The notes under the pieces were generated by a model, which worked only from the letters and a program-made list of their open reading frames with translations, had not been told where the DNA came from and made no database searches. Shown piece after piece: positions 61,070-64,000 of a stretch of DNA of 64,000 nucleotides (its first letter is position 1; every line of letters begins with the position of its first letter). This stretch comes from Patescibacteria group bacterium (GTDB lineage Bacteria > Patescibacteriota > Microgenomatia > 2-02-FULL-39-11), in contig JAMCUI010000012.1 in assembly GCA_023379265.1 (NCBI GenBank), forward strand, positions 27,936 to 91,935. The letters run 5' to 3'. The translations under genes were made by a program, and so were the position numbers.

Positions 61070-62025
61070 TTACTTTACCTTTTCCAAATATTTCTTCATC
61101 ACCCAACTTCTAACGTCATGAGGATGAAAACGGATATAATGCGGAGAAACCACTTCAGAAGTTAATCTGCCTTTCATATACCAAATTTGCAGAGACATAA
61201 ACAAACTCTCAAACATCCTAAAAATTGAGAGAATAATTTTTGCGAAAAAAGTATCCCGTTCTTCCCTCTTTCCTCTTATCTTTCTTATATTCTTCCAGTC
61301 AACAGCATTGGGTAAAAACTTTTCCGCCCAAATATTTTCCTTCATAAACACAAAGTAGGTATCACTTTTTTCCCAGAGAGGTACCAACTGGACAACTTCA
61401 TGAGCTGCAAATAGATCTCTTTCATTTTTGGCAAGCTGTAAATAACCTGCTTCCATAAACATATTCAAACAAATCTTATTCTTTATTTTTCTCCCCCTTC
61501 TTTTCCTCCTTTGTCCCAAAATACCAAAAAGGATTGTCGACAAAAATCTAGTCAACCAAAGACATCCGGAAGAAGAAATAATAATAAAATCGATATCATC
61601 ATCCATATCGGCATTCTGCAGTGCCAATGCTCCTGTGACGCCAACCAACATTATACTTGGAATATACCGTAATATATTTGCCGCCTATCGGCATTCTGCA
61701 GTGCCAATGCTCCTGTGACGCCAACCAACATTATACTTGGAATATACCGTAATATATTTGCCGCCTTTCCCGCGATTTCCATTTTTGTTCCCGACCAGCT
61801 CTCTCTTTTTTTTCTCAAGTCTACTAACTTTTTTCTACCATTCAGGAAAAACATACCATCTTTGTTTCCTAGCCAATTATGATTTTTTAGAGATTTTTCG
61901 ACTGCGCGTTGTGAAGACTTTATTCCGATAAGATATTTGTATATTTCATCAGCTCTCAAGGGATAGCTGAAAATGTCAGCATACGAGAGAGTTCTTAAGA
62001 TAGCATCTATAAGTCTCTGGGGCAT
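61070..62025 (-). pseudogene. Hypothetical ~300-aa protein (possible nucleotidyltransferase-fold N-region), split into 124-aa and 193-aa ORFs by an 80-bp tandem duplication.
   Basis: Both ORFs contain MLVGVTGALALQNAD at the junction. Removing one repeat copy restores a single frame: ...RYIPSIMLVGVTGALALQNADMDDDIDFIII... Confidence 0.6.
61606..61765. repeat. Perfect 80-bp tandem direct duplication (61606-61685 and 61686-61765).
   Basis: Identical units tatcggcattctgcagtgccaatgctcctgtgacgccaaccaacattatacttggaatataccgtaatatatttgccgcc. 80 is not a multiple of 3. Confidence 0.9.
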
Positions 62026-62129
62026 AAGTATATAAAAAGCAGGCAGAAGAGATTATACTAGAAAAAACAAAATTGGAATACTAAATCAGCAGGATTAGTA
62101 AACTAATATGGATAGACTAAGAATAGAAA

Positions 62130-63851
62130 TTATTGTGAAGCGGAACTGATGCCAAATCTTGTGAATATCTGTTTGAATCCGTTATCCGCTGTTTTGAATG
62201 CCGTTTCGGGACTGGTACCCTGAGAGAGTGAATTGACAGCGTCCTTGAGATATTTTATCAGGCTTGAATCTATACCAGTATCCCCGTCATTAGTCCTTTC
62301 AGCAAGATAAAAAGACTTCATTGTCGGAGCCTCTGTGATAAGAGGTGCAATATACGGGTTGCTAGACAATTCCTTGCCCAAATCCACCCGAGAATAAGGC
62401 TCGCCGAAAAGCTGTCTTTGCTGCGCTTGGGCAGTATAAAGTTTTTTCATCGTATCCGCTTGGGAAAGATATTTGAGAAAGTCCCACGCGGCTTCAGAAT
62501 TCTTACTTTTGGAAGAAACACCTTCCACCCAATACGTCGCCCAGTTCACGGATTGACATGGCGGTTTATCACATGGTAACTGCGGCACGGACGCCGTCTT
62601 AAACTGCAAGCCGGTATTTTTTGCCAGTTGTTGTATGGCAAAAATCTGCCAGCTGGGCGCAATCACCATCGCCACTTTACCTCCGGCAAAAGCAACCACA
62701 GAGTTATCCAAAGTGTCATCCCAAGAGTTATTCGGAGCCTCAGAAAACTTATGATAAAAGGTCAAGGCATCTGTTGCACAAGTAGTGCTGGAAGGATCGG
62801 CACAAGCAAAAAGCGATTTGACCATTTGCGTACCATTTTGTAACATCATAAGTCCCAGTATGTCACTGAAATTTTCGATATTTTCGGCAGTCCCCAAAGC
62901 GATAGCCGAAGTGACTATTTTATTATCCTGCTTTACGGTCAGTTTCGGTACGGCATTTTGCACATCATCCCAAGTGACAGGCACAGGCACATTGGCGCCT
63001 TTTAATATGCTTTCGTTATAAATAAGCATCAATCCATCAATTTCTAGAGGTATGCCGTAATAATTCCCGCCAACTTTCAGATCGTCTGAAGCCACATGAT
63101 AAAACGTCTTGTCATATTCTGCGTCGGAATAGACGGTCTTTGGCATGGGAGAAAGGTAATTTATCATCATGGGTATCCAAGTATTGTGGAAGCGGTAAAT
63201 ATCCGGACCATCACCACGGTCTATGGCTGCCTGCAATCTTTCCCTGTACTGCTTCTGATCTTGCCTAATATAATCTATAGTAATGTTTGGATGTGACTTC
63301 TGATAAGAATCAATGATCGGCTGCATGACAGATTTATCTTCCCAAAGTCCCCAATAAGTCAGCTTTATATTCTGGGCAACCGGCTTATTGTTTCTTTTCC
63401 CCAGAACCGCCATAAAAATAAATGCTACGACAAAAAGGATTATCAACACAGCAAAAACAATTATCATGACTTTCTTTTTCCCATCTTCCTCATATGGCGA
63501 ATACATACCATTGCCGGATCCGGCGGAAGGGTAACTACCACCCGGCTGACCTGGTCCAACATTTTCAGAGGTAATTTGCGGCTGTGACGGATATGGCTCT
63601 TGGCCGGGCACATCCGTCTGCTGTGAAAACTCTTCCGGAGCAGCGGCGCTTCCGTATGATCCCTCCTGGTATTGACCTGCTGCGTTGTCTTTTGCCTCTT
63701 CCGGAGCAGCAGCAGCTTCATATGCTGACTCCTCTCTATTGTTGAAAATCTCGCCTGCGGGCTGAGGGCTTTGCGACTGGTTACCTTGTGGATTTTGGTT
63801 CTGGTCGCCTATCGGATTTTGGCTCAAATTATCTTTTGGTAAATTATCCAT
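62130..63851 (-). CDS. Membrane-anchored extracellular solute-binding protein (ABC-type SBP family 1-like) with a long Q/N/P-rich disordered N-terminal region.
   Basis: ~140-aa low-complexity N-terminus, TM segment VMIIVFAVLIILFVVAFIFMAVL, then an SBP-like domain (KLTYWGLWED..., GGNYYGIPLEIDGLMLIYN). Confidence 0.6.
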   Translation of the reverse strand: MDNLPKDNLSQNPIGDQNQNPQGNQSQSPQPAGEIFNNREESAYEAAAAPEEAKDNAAGQYQEGSYGSAAAPEEFSQQTDVPGQEPYPSQPQITSENVGPGQPGGSYPSAGSGNGMYSPYEEDGKKKVMIIVFAVLIILFVVAFIFMAVLGKRNNKPVAQNIKLTYWGLWEDKSVMQPIIDSYQKSHPNITIDYIRQDQKQYRERLQAAIDRGDGPDIYRFHNTWIPMMINYLSPMPKTVYSDAEYDKTFYHVASDDLKVGGNYYGIPLEIDGLMLIYNESILKGANVPVPVTWDDVQNAVPKLTVKQDNKIVTSAIALGTAENIENFSDILGLMMLQNGTQMVKSLFACADPSSTTCATDALTFYHKFSEAPNNSWDDTLDNSVVAFAGGKVAMVIAPSWQIFAIQQLAKNTGLQFKTASVPQLPCDKPPCQSVNWATYWVEGVSSKSKNSEAAWDFLKYLSQADTMKKLYTAQAQQRQLFGEPYSRVDLGKELSSNPYIAPLITEAPTMKSFYLAERTNDGDTGIDSSLIKYLKDAVNSLSQGTSPETAFKTADNGFKQIFTRFGISSASQ

Positions 63852-64000
63852 CCTTATGTTATGATAACCGCAACATTAGCTATGGTCAAGGAAAAAAAAT
63901 CCTCCAAACACGGTAGATTTTTCCGTCTAAAATTCACCTTTTCTTTCTTTACTTTACTGGCAATTTTTATGGCTGCTGCAGCTGCAGCATTCATTTATAC

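Overview
The window is about 40% GC, densely packed and mostly housekeeping, and reads like a small Gram-positive-type or Candidate-Phyla-Radiation-like genome; all calls are from reading the sequence, with no database searches run. Recognisable genes include a split thrA-like pair (aspartokinase and homoserine dehydrogenase), alaS behind a T-box leader, deoA-like phosphorylase, mltG, an alkA-like glycosylase, murJ, rpsT, an LCP protein, tpiA, pcrA/uvrD, a Nif3 protein, rmuC, a UvrD-family helicase fused to a Cas4/RecB-like nuclease, a DUF62 SAM hydroxide adenosyltransferase-like enzyme, metG, an MDR oxidoreductase, tatD, a GT2/GT-C/wecA-like glycan cluster, a PEBP protein and an orphan solute-binding protein. 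Two heat-shock operons, hrcA-grpE-dnaK-dnaJ and groES-groEL, each carry a CIRCE operator in their promoter. The accessory content is concentrated in a sortase-centred surface locus (2.1-10.3 kb) holding three paralogous Asn/Thr/Gly-rich repeat proteins, Pro/Thr-rich secreted proteins with C-terminal anchors, and a GT-C membrane glycosyltransferase. Other accessory items are a second sortase next to an FtsA/PilM-like fused membrane protein, PilN/PilO-like genes followed by a fibronectin-III surface protein, and a FemABX / TPR-GT-C / FemABX trio. Several short motifs recur in intergenic regions: a GC hairpin upstream of both alaS and the DUF62 gene, a 14-mer with terminator hairpins upstream of two repeat-protein paralogs, and a 13-mer in two divergent promoter regions. 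Five local direct duplications stand out: two perfect tandem copies (88 bp in dnaK, 80 bp in a hypothetical gene) that frameshift their genes, and three partial copies of gene 3' ends placed just downstream. These are most simply local assembly errors, but they follow a pattern. No rRNA, tRNA, CRISPR array or obvious mobile element was found.
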